Assembly: GCA_045588575.1 (NCBI GenBank) | Contig: JAZNEJ010000018.1 | Coordinates: forward strand, 16,257-80,256 | Reading direction: 5' to 3' | Length of the DNA: 64,000 nt | Source of the DNA: Eubacteriales bacterium | Lineage (GTDB): Bacteria; Bacillota; Clostridia; Oscillospirales; RGIG5299 | In this document: one piece after another, positions 47,166 through 57,571 of the stretch | How positions within the stretch are numbered: position 1 is the stretch's first letter | Layout: every line of letters starts with the position of its first letter | The notes under the pieces: model-generated | What the model was told of the DNA's origin: nothing | Databases searched by the model: none | The model's input: the letters and a program-made list of their open reading frames with translations, nothing else | Translations under genes and position numbers: made by a program

Positions 47166-49256
47166 ATGAGCATAAAAACCGTTTCGGAATTTTTTGGAGA
47201 AAACGTTTTTAACGATAAGGTAATGAAAGAGCGTTTGCCGGAAGAAGCCTATAACGCCATAATAAAAACAATAACCGAAGGCGCTCATATAGACGATAAT
47301 ATTGCAAAAACAGTAGCCCCGGTTTTAAAGGATTGGGCCATTGAAAAGGGAGCTACTCATTATACCCATTGGTTTCAACCCATGACGGGAATAACTGCCG
47401 AAAAGCATGATTCATTTATTTCGCCCGCAGAGGGCGGACGTGCCATAATGGAATTTCAGGCAAAAGAGCTTATTAAAGGCGAATCGGACGCTTCCAGCTT
47501 TCCTTCGGGCGGCTTAAGAGCAACCTTTGAAGCAAGAGGCTATACCGTTTGGGACCCCACCTCATATGCATTTGTAAGAGATACAACTCTTTATATTCCC
47601 ACTGCTTTTTGCTCCTTTTCGGGCGAGGCGCTCGATAAGAAAACTCCGCTTTTAAGGTCAAACGAGGCAATAAACAGGGAAGCTTTAAGAGTTTTGAAAT
47701 TCTTTAACGACGATACTCCCAAAAGAGTTTTTGCAACGGTTGGCGCCGAGCAGGAATATTTTCTTATAGATAAAGAAACCTTTATGAACAGAAAAGACCT
47801 TCGTTATACGGGCAGAACGCTTTTCGGAGCAAAACCCCCGAAAGGTCAAGAACTTGACGACCACTATTACGGAAATATAAAAGAACGCGTAATGCTCTTT
47901 ATGAAAGAGGTTGATAACGAACTTTGGCGTCTTGGTGTGTGTGCAAAAACAGAGCATAACGAGGTTGCGCCCGCACAGCACGAACTTGCGCCCGTTTTTT
48001 CCGTTTGCACCGTGGCGGCAGACCATAACCAGATAATAATGGACGTTTTAAAGAAGGTTGCGGAAAGACAAAACCTCGTTTGTCTTCTTCACGAAAAGCC
48101 TTTTGAGGGAATAAACGGTTCGGGCAAACATAATAACTGGTCGCTTAACACAGATACGGGCATTAAAATTTTCAAGCCCGGAAAAACACCCGAAACCAAC
48201 TATAAATTTTTGATTTTCGTTGCAGCCACCGTTGCAGCCGTTGACCTTTATGCCGATATTTTAAAGGCATCGGTATCAAGCGCGGGAAACGACCGACGTT
48301 TAGGCGGAAACGAAGCTCCTCCTTCGGTAATATCGGTATATTTAGGGGACCATATTACTAATATATTCGAATCGTTATCAAAAGGAAAGGAATACGTCCG
48401 CCCACACACTACTTATATGGACACCGGCATTGAAAGCATGCCCGTTTGGAAAAAAGATTTAAACGACAGAAACAGAACATCTCCCTTTGCCTTTACGGGA
48501 AATAAGTTTGAATTCAGAATGGGTGGCTCTTCGCAATCCATTTCCGGAAGCACAACCGTTATCAACACAATAGTTGCCGAGGTTCTTTCTCGGTTTGCCG
48601 ATAGGTTGGAGGCCTCTGAAAATCCCGAAGCCGAAAAGCTTGAAATAATAAAGGAAACCTACGAAAAACATAAGAAAATCATATTTAACAGCAATAACTA
48701 TTCGGATGAATGGCTTGTTGAAGCAAAGGAAAGAGGACTTCCTAATCTTAAAAACGCGGTTGAAGCTTTTGAGGCTTATATAGAGCCCAAAAATATTGAG
48801 GCTTTTGAAAAACATAAAGTTTTAAGCGAGCCTGAGCTTCGTGCAAGATATGAAATATATCTCGATACCTATATCAAAACAATAAAAATTGAAGCGCTTA
48901 CAATGCTTGATATGGCTAAAAAAGATATAATTCCTGCGGTTATGAAGTATGAAACCCTTATGCTTAAAAACATAAGATATAAAAAAGAACTTGCTTTTAA
49001 TATAGAAGCCGATACCAACGCTTTTGCAAAATATGATATTTTGTTTATAAACGCTTCTGAAAGAACAGAGGAACTTGCAAAGGTGCTTCACGAAGCAGAC
49101 GATATTCGCGACGTTAAAGAAAAAGCGACATTCTACGCCGAAAGAGTTTTAACTGCAATGAACGCACTTCGAACTGTGTGCGACAGTCTTGAAATGGCAA
49201 CCGACGAAAAAGACTGGCCTTTCCCGTCTTACGGAGAATTGCTTTTCAATATTTGA
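47166..49256 (+). CDS. glnN: Glutamine synthetase type III
   Basis: 696 aa. The length and the N-terminus VSEFFGENVFNDKVMKERLP, together with NEVAPAQHELAP and NGSGKHNNWS, are GSIII hallmarks. Confidence 0.92.
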   Translation: MSIKTVSEFFGENVFNDKVMKERLPEEAYNAIIKTITEGAHIDDNIAKTVAPVLKDWAIEKGATHYTHWFQPMTGITAEKHDSFISPAEGGRAIMEFQAKELIKGESDASSFPSGGLRATFEARGYTVWDPTSYAFVRDTTLYIPTAFCSFSGEALDKKTPLLRSNEAINREALRVLKFFNDDTPKRVFATVGAEQEYFLIDKETFMNRKDLRYTGRTLFGAKPPKGQELDDHYYGNIKERVMLFMKEVDNELWRLGVCAKTEHNEVAPAQHELAPVFSVCTVAADHNQIIMDVLKKVAERQNLVCLLHEKPFEGINGSGKHNNWSLNTDTGIKIFKPGKTPETNYKFLIFVAATVAAVDLYADILKASVSSAGNDRRLGGNEAPPSVISVYLGDHITNIFESLSKGKEYVRPHTTYMDTGIESMPVWKKDLNDRNRTSPFAFTGNKFEFRMGGSSQSISGSTTVINTIVAEVLSRFADRLEASENPEAEKLEIIKETYEKHKKIIFNSNNYSDEWLVEAKERGLPNLKNAVEAFEAYIEPKNIEAFEKHKVLSEPELRARYEIYLDTYIKTIKIEALTMLDMAKKDIIPAVMKYETLMLKNIRYKKELAFNIEADTNAFAKYDILFINASERTEELAKVLHEADDIRDVKEKATFYAERVLTAMNALRTVCDSLEMATDEKDWPFPSYGELLFNI

Positions 49257-49263
49257 ATTATTT

Positions 49264-49292
49264 AAACAGACAGAATATTCTGTCTGTTTTTT
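49264..49292 (+). terminator. Intrinsic terminator of glnN
   Basis: ACAGACAG-aatatt-CTGTCTGT followed by a T-run. Confidence 0.8.
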
Positions 49293-49349
49293 ATTTGGTA
49301 TTTTTTTTGAATAAAGTGGAATACTGTTTTTAAAAAAGGAGATTTTGAT

Positions 49350-49784
49350 ATGATAGAACAAGATACTATAAGATTACTCCGCGAGTGCGATGCGGGAATT
49401 AAAATGGGAATAAAATCCATTGAGGATGTGCTTGACAGAATAAAAAGCACAGATTTAAAAAGAATTTTGCAGGATAACAGGGAAAAACACGGAATAATCG
49501 ACCGAGAGCTTCAAGACTTGCTTAAAAAATATCACGACGAAGGAAAGGACGTTAATTTCATAGCCGAAAAAATGGCTGAAATAAAAACCGAAATAAAGCT
49601 TCAAATGAATAAAGAAGATGAAACAATAGCAGACCTTATAACAGACGGCTGCAATATGGGTGTTAAAAGTCTTAATCGATATTTAAATCAATACGTTGCG
49701 GCGGACGAAAAATCAAAGGATATTTGCAAAAGGCTTATAGATTTGGAATCTTCGCTTGCTGTCGATATAAGACGCTTTTTATAA
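49350..49784 (+). CDS. Hypothetical helical protein (ferritin-like/four-helix-bundle guess)
   Basis: 144-aa, highly charged, predicted all-helical ORF with a nearby RBS GGAG. No diagnostic motif. Confidence 0.5.
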   Translation: MIEQDTIRLLRECDAGIKMGIKSIEDVLDRIKSTDLKRILQDNREKHGIIDRELQDLLKKYHDEGKDVNFIAEKMAEIKTEIKLQMNKEDETIADLITDGCNMGVKSLNRYLNQYVAADEKSKDICKRLIDLESSLAVDIRRFL

Positions 49785-49940
49785 TATTAAAGGCTCCGAT
49801 AAAGAATAAAAACTTTATTGGAGCTTTATTATAATCTGTTTTTTTGTTTTTTTAATAAAAATTACTGTTTTACTATTGAATAAATTAAAAAAATATTATA
49901 AAATATAGTGTGATAAAAAACAAATAAAATTTATATATTT

Positions 49941-50531
49941 ATGGAGATGTTAAAAATGGAAAAGAAAATTATGGTAGAAACCTCAGCAAGACACGCACAC
50001 GTATCAAGAGCAGACCTCGACGTTCTTTTTGGCGCAGGCTACGAGCTCACTAACAAAAAAGACCTTTCTCAGCCCGGCCAGTTTGCTTGTGAAGAGAAAA
50101 TCGTTGTAACCGGACCTAAAGGCTCTCTCAAAATGTCTATTCTCGGCCCCGTGCGTCCCGCAACTCAGGTAGAAGTTTCTTTCTCCGATGCAAGAGCTCT
50201 CGGAATTACCGCTCCTGTTCGTGAGTCCGGCGACATTGCAGGCTCTGCACCCCTCACTATTGAAGGTCCTAAGGGCAAGGTTGAAATCGCTGAAGGCGGT
50301 ATAGTTGCAAAAAGACACATTCACGTAACTCCCGAAGAAGCTGCTGAACGTGATATTTCCGATAAAGAAATCGTTTCCGTTAAGGTTGCAACCGGCAACG
50401 GAAGAGATATTGTTTTCGGCGACGTTGTTGTAAGAGTAAGCCCCAAATTCTCCGGTGCAATGCACATCGACACCGATGAAGCAAACGCAGGTGCAATTTC
50501 GGGAACCGTTTACGGCGAAATTATAAAATAA
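49941..50531 (+). CDS. pduL: Phosphate propanoyltransferase / PduL-type phosphotransacylase
   Basis: 196 aa. [11 protein letters not shown] and the second half-repeat [10 protein letters not shown]...[10 protein letters not shown] match the duplicated PduL fold. The true start may be at 49956. Confidence 0.85.
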   Translation: MEMLKMEKKIMVETSARHAHVSRADLDVLFGAGYELTNKKDLSQPGQFACEEKIVVTGPKGSLKMSILGPVRPATQVEVSFSDARALGITAPVRESGDIAGSAPLTIEGPKGKVEIAEGGIVAKRHIHVTPEEAAERDISDKEIVSVKVATGNGRDIVFGDVVVRVSPKFSGAMHIDTDEANAGAISGTVYGEIIK

Positions 50532-50532
50532 G

Positions 50533-50982
50533 TTGAAACAGATAGTTATATATACCGACGGCGCTTGCAGCGGAAATCCCGGTGCGGGCGGCTATGCTGC
50601 GGTTTTGGAATATAACGGCTATAAGAAAACCGTTAAAGGCGGTGAAGCAAACACCACCAATAACCGCATGGAGCTAACTGCGGCAATTAAAGCGCTTGAA
50701 GCCTTAAACGAGCCTTGTGAGGTTACCTTATACAGCGATTCAAAATATTTGATTGATGCAATAAATAAGGGTTGGCTTTACGGGTGGCAAAAAAAAGGCT
50801 GGAAAAAAAGCGACGGCAAGGCTGTTTTAAACGTTGACCTTTGGGAGAAAATACTTTCAATGCTTTCTGTTCATAAAGTTAAATTTATTTGGGTGGAAGG
50901 GCATAACGGCAACGAGAAAAATGAGCTTTGCGATAAATTAGCAGTTGAAATGTCTGAAAAATATAAAGGGAACAGTGTATAA
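50533..50982 (+). CDS. rnhA: Ribonuclease HI
   Basis: 149 aa with a TTG start. [26 protein letters not shown] and DSKY form the DEDD catalytic set. Confidence 0.9.
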   Translation: MKQIVIYTDGACSGNPGAGGYAAVLEYNGYKKTVKGGEANTTNNRMELTAAIKALEALNEPCEVTLYSDSKYLIDAINKGWLYGWQKKGWKKSDGKAVLNVDLWEKILSMLSVHKVKFIWVEGHNGNEKNELCDKLAVEMSEKYKGNSV

Positions 50983-50983
50983 T

Positions 50984-52144
50984 ATGAGAAACGTTTATGC
51001 AGATAACGCAGCAACAACACAGGTGAGAAAAGAAGTAGTGGAGGCTATGATGCCTTGCTTTATGGAAAACTACGGCAATCCCTCATCGCTTTATAAAATA
51101 GGTGTTGATGCTAAGGTTGCAATAGATAAAGCAAGAGCGCAGGTTGCCTCTGTAATAGGCGCGAAACCGAATGAAATTTATTTCACCTCGGGCGGCTCCG
51201 AATCGGATAACTGGGCAATTAAAAGCGCTATAAAGATGAAAGCGAACAAGGGCAAGCACATAATAACTTCCGCAATTGAGCATCACGCCATTCTTCACGC
51301 CTTACAGGCGCTTGAAAAAGAGGGTTATGAGGTTACTTATCTTGAAGTGGGCTCTAACGGAATTGTAAAGCCCGAGGACGTTTTAAACGCTATTCGTCCC
51401 GATACTGTTCTCATCACGATTATGTTTGCCAATAATGAAATAGGCACAATTCAGCCTATAAAAGAAATTGGTAAAATAGCAAAAGAAAAGAGCATTTTGT
51501 TCCATACCGACGCCGTTCAGGCTTTCGGCCATGAGGAAATAGACGTAAATGAAATGAATATCGACTTTTTGTCGATATCTGCACATAAACTTTACGCTCC
51601 CAAGGGCGTTGGCGCGCTTTATGCCAGAGCAGGTATGCGCCTTACTCCTCTTATTTACGGAGGAGGTCAGGAAAGGAGCAAAAGAGCGGGAACCGAAAAC
51701 GTTCCTTCAATCGTAGGCTTTGGCGTAGCCGCTGAGCTTGCTCAAAAGGAAATGAAAGAAGAACATGAACGTCTTGCAAAAATGAGAGACCGTCTTATCG
51801 ACGGAGTTTTAAGCACAATTCCTTACTCCCGTTTAAACGGCGACAGAACCAACCGCCTTGCAGGAAACGCTAATTTTTCAATTGAGTTTATTGAAGGCGA
51901 ATCGCTTCTTCTCCTTATGGATTTAAACGGAATTTCCTGTTCTTCCGGCTCTGCCTGCACATCGGGCTCGCTTGACCCCAGCCACGTGCTTTTGGCACTC
52001 GGCTTAAAGCATGAGGTCGCTCACGGCTCGCTTCGAATAAGCTTGGGCAGAAACAACACCGAAGAAGATATAGACTGGATATTAGAGGCGCTTCCCAAGG
52101 TAGTAACAAGACTCAGAGCAATGTCGCCTCTTTGGAAAGGATAA
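50984..52144 (+). CDS. nifS: Cysteine desulfurase NifS
   Basis: The track ORF starts at 50945. I prefer the ATG at 50984 ([12 protein letters not shown]). PLP Lys motif [10 protein letters not shown] and active-site loop SSGSACTSG. Confidence 0.92.
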   Translation: MRNVYADNAATTQVRKEVVEAMMPCFMENYGNPSSLYKIGVDAKVAIDKARAQVASVIGAKPNEIYFTSGGSESDNWAIKSAIKMKANKGKHIITSAIEHHAILHALQALEKEGYEVTYLEVGSNGIVKPEDVLNAIRPDTVLITIMFANNEIGTIQPIKEIGKIAKEKSILFHTDAVQAFGHEEIDVNEMNIDFLSISAHKLYAPKGVGALYARAGMRLTPLIYGGGQERSKRAGTENVPSIVGFGVAAELAQKEMKEEHERLAKMRDRLIDGVLSTIPYSRLNGDRTNRLAGNANFSIEFIEGESLLLLMDLNGISCSSGSACTSGSLDPSHVLLALGLKHEVAHGSLRISLGRNNTEEDIDWILEALPKVVTRLRAMSPLWKG

Positions 52145-52149
52145 ACAAA

Positions 52150-52581
52150 ATGTATTCTGAAAAAGTAATGGACCACTTCACAAATCCCCGCAACGTAGGC
52201 GAGCTTGCCAATGCAAACGCAATAGGCGAGGTTGGAAATGCAAAATGCGGCGATATAATGCGCATATATCTTAATATTGAAGACGGCATAATTAAAGACG
52301 TAAGCTTTAAAACCTTTGGTTGCGGCGCTGCCGTTGCAACAAGCTCAATGGCAACCGAAATGATAAAAGGAAAATCGATTGAAGATGCTGTAAAGCTTAC
52401 GAATAAGGCCGTTGTTGAGGCTCTTGACGGACTTCCTCCTGCAAAAATCCACTGCTCTGTTTTAGCTGAAGAAGCGGTTAAAACGGCAATTCTCGATTAT
52501 TACAATCGCAAAGGCGAGCAAGCTCCCTTTGAGTTTAAAGCCGGTTGCACCGAATGCTGTGCAAACTGTGATAAAGCATAA
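52150..52581 (+). CDS. nifU: Fe-S cluster assembly scaffold NifU/IscU
   Basis: I prefer the ATG at 52150 (MYSEKVMDHFTNPRNVG). Ligands occur in GNAKCGD, FGCGAA and HCS. Confidence 0.92.
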   Translation: MYSEKVMDHFTNPRNVGELANANAIGEVGNAKCGDIMRIYLNIEDGIIKDVSFKTFGCGAAVATSSMATEMIKGKSIEDAVKLTNKAVVEALDGLPPAKIHCSVLAEEAVKTAILDYYNRKGEQAPFEFKAGCTECCANCDKA

Positions 52582-52582
52582 T

Positions 52583-53641
52583 ATGCAGTCGGTTGTGTTG
52601 GGAATATCGGGCGGTGTGGATAGCGCCGTTGCGGCATTCATTCTCAAAAACAGCGGATATGACGTTACAGCCGTGTTTCTAAAGATGCACGGCTGTGCTT
52701 CTATATCTGAGCAAGATGCAAAAGCGGTTTGCGAAACGCTTGGAATAAAGTTCGTTTCACTTGACGTAGCCAAAGAATTTGATGCTAAAATAACCGACTA
52801 TTTTGTAAATGAATATCTTCTCGGAAGAACCCCTAATCCTTGCGTTCGTTGCAATGCCGAAATAAAATTTAACGCATTATTGAATTATGCCGACGAAAAC
52901 GGCATTGAAAAAATTGCAACAGGGCATTATTGCGGCATTTTTTACGATGAAAACACCGGAAGATATGCCATTTCAAAAAGCAATACTAAAAAAGACCAAT
53001 CTTATATGCTTTCAAGACTTCCGCAGTCGGTAATATCGAGAATTATTTTTCCGTTGAATCAGTTCGATAAAGAAACTGTGAGAAAAATTGCAATTGAAAA
53101 CAATATTCCGGTTGCCGAAAAGCCCGATAGTCAGGAAATTTGTTTTATTCCCGATAACGATTACGTTTCTTACATAGAGAAAAGAAAAGGGAAAATTCCC
53201 GAAGGCGACTTTTATTTGGAAGATGAAAATAAAATAATAGGCAAGCATAAAGGAATAATTCATTATACAACGGGGCAAAGAAAGCGTCTTGGTATAGCGG
53301 TGGGCGTTCCGCTTATCGTTAAAGATATAGATGCTGAGAAAAATATCATAACGGTAACGAAAAAACCGTTTCTTTCTATAAAAGCGGTTAAAATAGAAAA
53401 TGTTTGCTATCAAAAAAACGAAAATTTCCAAAACGTACCCGAATGCTTTATAAAACTGCGATATACTGCGAAACCAATAATGTGTAAAGTTGTGGAACTT
53501 TATAATGAAAAAACGTTATTTTGTGAGTTTTTTGAGGCTGTTTCGATGGCTTCAAAGGGACAAACAGCGGTTTTGACCGATGAAAACGGTGTTATTATAG
53601 CATCGGGTGAAATTTCGGAAGTAATTTTTAATGAGGAATAA
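52583..53641 (+). CDS. mnmA: tRNA 2-thiouridine(34) synthase MnmA
   Basis: I prefer the ATG at 52583 (MQSVVLGISGGVDSAVAA, PP-loop). Also has NPCVRCN and KDQSYML motifs. Confidence 0.93.
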   Translation: MQSVVLGISGGVDSAVAAFILKNSGYDVTAVFLKMHGCASISEQDAKAVCETLGIKFVSLDVAKEFDAKITDYFVNEYLLGRTPNPCVRCNAEIKFNALLNYADENGIEKIATGHYCGIFYDENTGRYAISKSNTKKDQSYMLSRLPQSVISRIIFPLNQFDKETVRKIAIENNIPVAEKPDSQEICFIPDNDYVSYIEKRKGKIPEGDFYLEDENKIIGKHKGIIHYTTGQRKRLGIAVGVPLIVKDIDAEKNIITVTKKPFLSIKAVKIENVCYQKNENFQNVPECFIKLRYTAKPIMCKVVELYNEKTLFCEFFEAVSMASKGQTAVLTDENGVIIASGEISEVIFNEE

Positions 53642-53645
53642 AACA

Positions 53646-54308
53646 ATGTCTAAAAAGTTTTTAATATTTGATTTCGACGGAACGCTTGTTGATTCTATGC
53701 GCCATTGGGAGAGAATTCTTCCCGAAACGTTGGCGGAATATAACATAACCGATATAAGCAAGATAAACGATGAGATGAGAAGACTGAGTCTTTTGGAATT
53801 TTCCAAGTTTCTTGAAGAACGTTATCCCGTTCTTTCGGAAGGAAAGCCTTTGCGTCAAAAATGGGCAGACAAAATGGAGCATTACTACACTCACGACGTA
53901 AAGCTTCGCACTAATGCCAAAGAATTTTTAGACTATTTAAAACAACAAAATAAATATAAGTTTTGTCTTGCATCGGCTACCGATAAGCCTCTTTTAACCG
54001 TTGCGTTAAAACATTTTGGATTATACGATTATTTCGATATAATTTTAACCGAGAAAGAGGTTGGAAAAACAAAGAAAAATCCCGACCTATATAACGAATG
54101 CATGAAAAGGGCGGGAGTAACTCCCGATGAAACGGTTATTTTCGAAGACGTTGTTTATGCGATTAGAACCGCAAGAAGCATTAACACGACGATTTGTGCC
54201 GTTTTTGATGAAGCTATGAAGCGTTTTGAAGATGAGATAAAAACGCTTGCAGATGTTTGTGTTGATGATTTTGCAACTTACGAAAAAATACTTCCTTATC
54301 TTGAATAA
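53646..54308 (+). CDS. HAD-family hydrolase
   Basis: I prefer the ATG at 53646 (MSKKFLIFDFDGTLVDS, motif I). Motif II is ASAT and motif IV is FEDV. Confidence 0.85.
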   Translation: MSKKFLIFDFDGTLVDSMRHWERILPETLAEYNITDISKINDEMRRLSLLEFSKFLEERYPVLSEGKPLRQKWADKMEHYYTHDVKLRTNAKEFLDYLKQQNKYKFCLASATDKPLLTVALKHFGLYDYFDIILTEKEVGKTKKNPDLYNECMKRAGVTPDETVIFEDVVYAIRTARSINTTICAVFDEAMKRFEDEIKTLADVCVDDFATYEKILPYLE

Positions 54309-54359
54309 AAGTGAAAAAAGGGAAGATAATTAAAAAGAAAAAATAATTCAAAAAAAGGC

Positions 54360-54388
54360 TTGACAATTCTTAATATAAATAGTATAAT
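54360..54388 (+). promoter_or_regulatory. Consensus sigma-A promoter of rplS (TTGACA-17-TATAAT)
   Basis: TTGACA at 54360-54365, an exact 17-nt spacer, and TATAAT at 54383-54388. The ~70-nt leader contains small hairpins and could be an L19-type autoregulatory leader, but I cannot verify that. Confidence 0.65.
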
Positions 54389-54459
54389 ACTTGAGTTAAA
54401 ACTCGGGCAGTCCTCTGCAATGCTCTGCATGAATGTTACGGGAAAATGGAGGAATAAAA

Positions 54460-54804
54460 ATGAGCGATATTATTAAAGATTTCACAAAAGAGCAATTAAA
54501 ATCCGACATCACTCCCTTTAACATAGGTGATACGGTAAAGCTTTCTCTCAAAATCAAAGAAGGTTCAAGAGAGAGAATACAGGTCTTTGAAGGCACTGTA
54601 ATCGCAAGAAGCGGTAGCGGAATTTCAGAAACCTTCAAGGTTCGTAGAGTTTCTTACGGCGTAGGCGTAGAGAAAACATTCCCGATTCATTCTCCCAACA
54701 TTGAGAAAATCGAGGTTACCAGAACCGGTAAAGTCAGAAGATCAAAACTTTATTATTTGAGAGACAGAGCCGGCAAAGCTGCAAAGACCAAAGAGCGCAT
54801 ATAA
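54460..54804 (+). CDS. rplS: 50S ribosomal protein L19
   Basis: I prefer the ATG at 54460 (MSDIIKDF...). It contains [20 protein letters not shown] and a conserved YYLR-containing C-terminal block. Confidence 0.97.
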   Translation: MSDIIKDFTKEQLKSDITPFNIGDTVKLSLKIKEGSRERIQVFEGTVIARSGSGISETFKVRRVSYGVGVEKTFPIHSPNIEKIEVTRTGKVRRSKLYYLRDRAGKAAKTKERI

Positions 54805-54812
54805 GACGGTTT

Positions 54813-54847
54813 AAAAGGGGCTTTCCGAAAAGCCCCTTTTTATTTTT
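54813..54847 (+). terminator. Intrinsic terminator of rplS
   Basis: AAAAGGGGCTTT-ccga-AAAGCCCCTTTT followed by a T-run. Confidence 0.85.
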
Positions 54848-54862
54848 TAGGCGGTGAAATAA

Positions 54863-55720
54863 ATGGCTGATAACGAAAACAGAAAAACTCAAATATCTTC
54901 AAATTCTCAGAGCGCAGAAACAGACGGTAAAACAACCGTTATTTCTAACGTATCTGCAGATTTTAAGAATGATAAACAACAGGTTGAGTCGCATACAGTT
55001 GTTTTTACCGATAAGAAATTTTCAGAAGAAGAAAAAAGCGCCTATTATTTGCAGTATGAAGCTCTTCAGCAAGAACGTGCAGAAGAAATTTCGGAGCAAA
55101 TAAAATCAAACGTTGTTTTCACCGAAGAAAAAACCGAAGAAAAACAACCGGAAAAAATAAAAAAAGAAAAAGAGCCCAAAGAAAAAACCGATGTTTTTGA
55201 TTTTGTTGAAATGCTTGTTTTGTCGGTTGCTTTCGTAATACTTCTTTTTACATTTGGCGTGAGAAATGTATTTGTAGACGGTCTTTCAATGTATCCCACC
55301 CTTGATAACAAAGACCTTTTGCTTATAACCGACGTTGTTGATTACGATTACGGCGATATAATAGTTTTTATACCCGACGGCAACCGCGAAACAACAAACC
55401 CCAAGCTTCAAAAGCCGTTTATTAAGCGTGCTATTGCCTTTGAAGGCGACGTTGTAGAGGTTGACTATATAAATAACCGTGTTTTAGTAAACGGCGAAGA
55501 AATAAACGAAGAATATTTAGAAGGAATTATTATGACCGATGAAGGTGATATATCATATCCCTTTACCGTGCCGGAAAATCATATATTTTTCTTGGGAGAT
55601 AACCGAAACGGAAGCTGGGACAGCCGCTTTAAAGCAGTAGGAACGGTTGATTCGCGTCTTGTTATGGGGAAAGTGGTTTTAAGAGTTTTTCCCTTTGACG
55701 TTTTCGGATTAGTGGAATAA
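54863..55720 (+). CDS. lepB: Signal peptidase I with ~115-aa low-complexity N-terminal extension
   Basis: 285 aa with a TM around residue 125. The catalytic Ser box is GLSMYPT. Also has KRAIAFEGD and the GDNRNGSWDSR box. Confidence 0.9.
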   Translation: MADNENRKTQISSNSQSAETDGKTTVISNVSADFKNDKQQVESHTVVFTDKKFSEEEKSAYYLQYEALQQERAEEISEQIKSNVVFTEEKTEEKQPEKIKKEKEPKEKTDVFDFVEMLVLSVAFVILLFTFGVRNVFVDGLSMYPTLDNKDLLLITDVVDYDYGDIIVFIPDGNRETTNPKLQKPFIKRAIAFEGDVVEVDYINNRVLVNGEEINEEYLEGIIMTDEGDISYPFTVPENHIFFLGDNRNGSWDSRFKAVGTVDSRLVMGKVVLRVFPFDVFGLVE

Positions 55721-55723
55721 AAA

Positions 55724-56581
55724 ATGAGTGATATTGAAAATATAAATTGGTTTCCGGGGCATATGGCGAAAACTCGCCGAATGATAGAAGAAACCGTTAA
55801 AAAGTGTGATGTGGTTGTTGAAGTGGTTGATGCAAGAATACCGCTTAGCAGCCGTAATCCTTATTTAAATCAGTTTATTGAGGGTAAACCCAGAATAGTA
55901 ATTTTAAATAAAAGCGACCTTGCCGATGAAGCTATGAATGAAAAATGGAAAAACAAGCTTAAGGCAGAGGGTTATATTCCTTTAATAACCGATTGCAAGA
56001 ACAAAAAAGGTTTAGGTAAGTTTAACGAGGTTGTTAAAGAACTTACAAAAGAGAGAACCGAAAGATTAAAGCAACGCAATTTACAGGGAATAACAACGAG
56101 AGTAATGGCTGTTGGTATTCCTAATTGCGGTAAATCAACCTTTATAAATGCAATATCGGGCAGAAATATTGCAAAATCGGAGGACCGTCCCGGAGTTACG
56201 AGAGACGTTCAGCTTGTTCATGCGGCAAACGGAATTGACCTTTTTGATATGCCGGGTATGCTTATGCCTAAAATTCCTTCTTCCGAAGCAGCAATAAAAT
56301 TGGCGGTAACGGGAGCCGTTGGCGAAAACGCCTTTGACGTAACGGAGCTTGCATTGAAATTTTGCGAAATAATAAAAAAAATAAAGCCCGAGGCGTTGGA
56401 GCAACGCTATAAAATTATTCTTGATGAAAACGAAACTCCGCTTGAAACGCTGACGAAAATAGCAACTAAAAGAGGCTTTTTCATAAAGGGCGGAGAGCTT
56501 GACTACGAGCGCGCCGCAATAATTTTGCTTGACGAATTCAGAAGCGGAAAGCTCGGAAGAATAACACTTGAAAAGATTTAA
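55724..56581 (+). CDS. rbgA: Ribosome biogenesis GTPase A (YlqF/RbgA)
   Basis: 285 aa with a circularly permuted GTPase order: NKSDL (G4) precedes GIPNCGKST (G1) and DMPG (G3). Confidence 0.92.
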   Translation: MSDIENINWFPGHMAKTRRMIEETVKKCDVVVEVVDARIPLSSRNPYLNQFIEGKPRIVILNKSDLADEAMNEKWKNKLKAEGYIPLITDCKNKKGLGKFNEVVKELTKERTERLKQRNLQGITTRVMAVGIPNCGKSTFINAISGRNIAKSEDRPGVTRDVQLVHAANGIDLFDMPGMLMPKIPSSEAAIKLAVTGAVGENAFDVTELALKFCEIIKKIKPEALEQRYKIILDENETPLETLTKIATKRGFFIKGGELDYERAAIILLDEFRSGKLGRITLEKI

Positions 56582-56602
56582 CCGAAACCGAGGAATAAAA
56601 AA

Positions 56603-57559
56603 GTGGCAGACCTTTGGGAATATGAAAAAGAAGCAGCTGAATATAACTACAATATTATAGCGGGAATAGATGAAGCGGGCAGAGGCCCTCTTTGCGGTCC
56701 CGTTTGTGCTGCTGCGGTAATTTTGCCATTTGGTCTTGAAATTGAAGGTCTTAACGATTCTAAAAAATTAAGCGAAAAGAAAAGGGAAGAACTTTATAAT
56801 ATAATAGTAGAAAAAGCGGTTTCTTACGGCGTTGCTTTTGCAACTCCTGAGGAAATTGATGAAATAAATATTTTAAATGCTACATTTTTGGCAATGCGCC
56901 GAGCTGTTGATATGCTTACTGTTCGTCCCGATATACTTTTTGTTGACGGGAACAGAATAAAAAATCAGGAAATAGAAGCAAAGCTTATAGTAAAAGGCGA
57001 CAGTAAATCGGCCAATATAGCTGCAGCATCTATAATTGCAAAGGTTACAAGAGATAGATATATGCTTGAGCTTGATAAGCAATATCCGCAGTATAACTTA
57101 AAAAAACATAAGGGTTACGGCACTCCCGAACATTACGAAGCAATAAAAAAATACGGCATTGCACCATTTTACCGCAAGAGCTTTTTGAAAAACATTGAAA
57201 GAGACGTTATAAAAAAGCAAAACGGAAAAAGAGGAGAACAAGCTGCAATTAACTATTTAATAAAAGAAGGCTATGAGATAATAGAAACCAATTACAGAGA
57301 CGGTCATAACGAGGTCGATATAATTGCGTTAAAAGATAACACGCTTTCTTTTGTTGAGGTTAAAACAAGAAAAAATACCAAGTACGGCAGACCTGCAGAT
57401 ATGGTAACCGATGAACAACAAGACAGAATTATTGAAACGGCATTTAAATATCGCAAGGAAAAACATCCCGAAAAGAAGGTTCGTTTTGATATAATGGAAG
57501 TTATTATAAACGAAAACGAACCCGAAAAGCTTTGTTTTCTTCCGGGCGGATTTTGTTAA
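56603..57559 (+). CDS. rnhB: Ribonuclease HII fused to a C-terminal YraN (UPF0102) endonuclease-like domain
   Basis: 318 aa with a GTG start. Residues 1-~200 are RNase HII (GIDEAGRGPLCGPV, DSKKLS, DSKSANIAAASIIAK). Residues ~205-318 are YraN-like (GEQAAINYLIKEGYEI...NEVDIIA...SFVEVKTR...RFDIMEV). Confidence 0.85.
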   Translation: MADLWEYEKEAAEYNYNIIAGIDEAGRGPLCGPVCAAAVILPFGLEIEGLNDSKKLSEKKREELYNIIVEKAVSYGVAFATPEEIDEINILNATFLAMRRAVDMLTVRPDILFVDGNRIKNQEIEAKLIVKGDSKSANIAAASIIAKVTRDRYMLELDKQYPQYNLKKHKGYGTPEHYEAIKKYGIAPFYRKSFLKNIERDVIKKQNGKRGEQAAINYLIKEGYEIIETNYRDGHNEVDIIALKDNTLSFVEVKTRKNTKYGRPADMVTDEQQDRIIETAFKYRKEKHPEKKVRFDIMEVIINENEPEKLCFLPGGFC

Positions 57560-57571
57560 AGGGGCTTTTTA

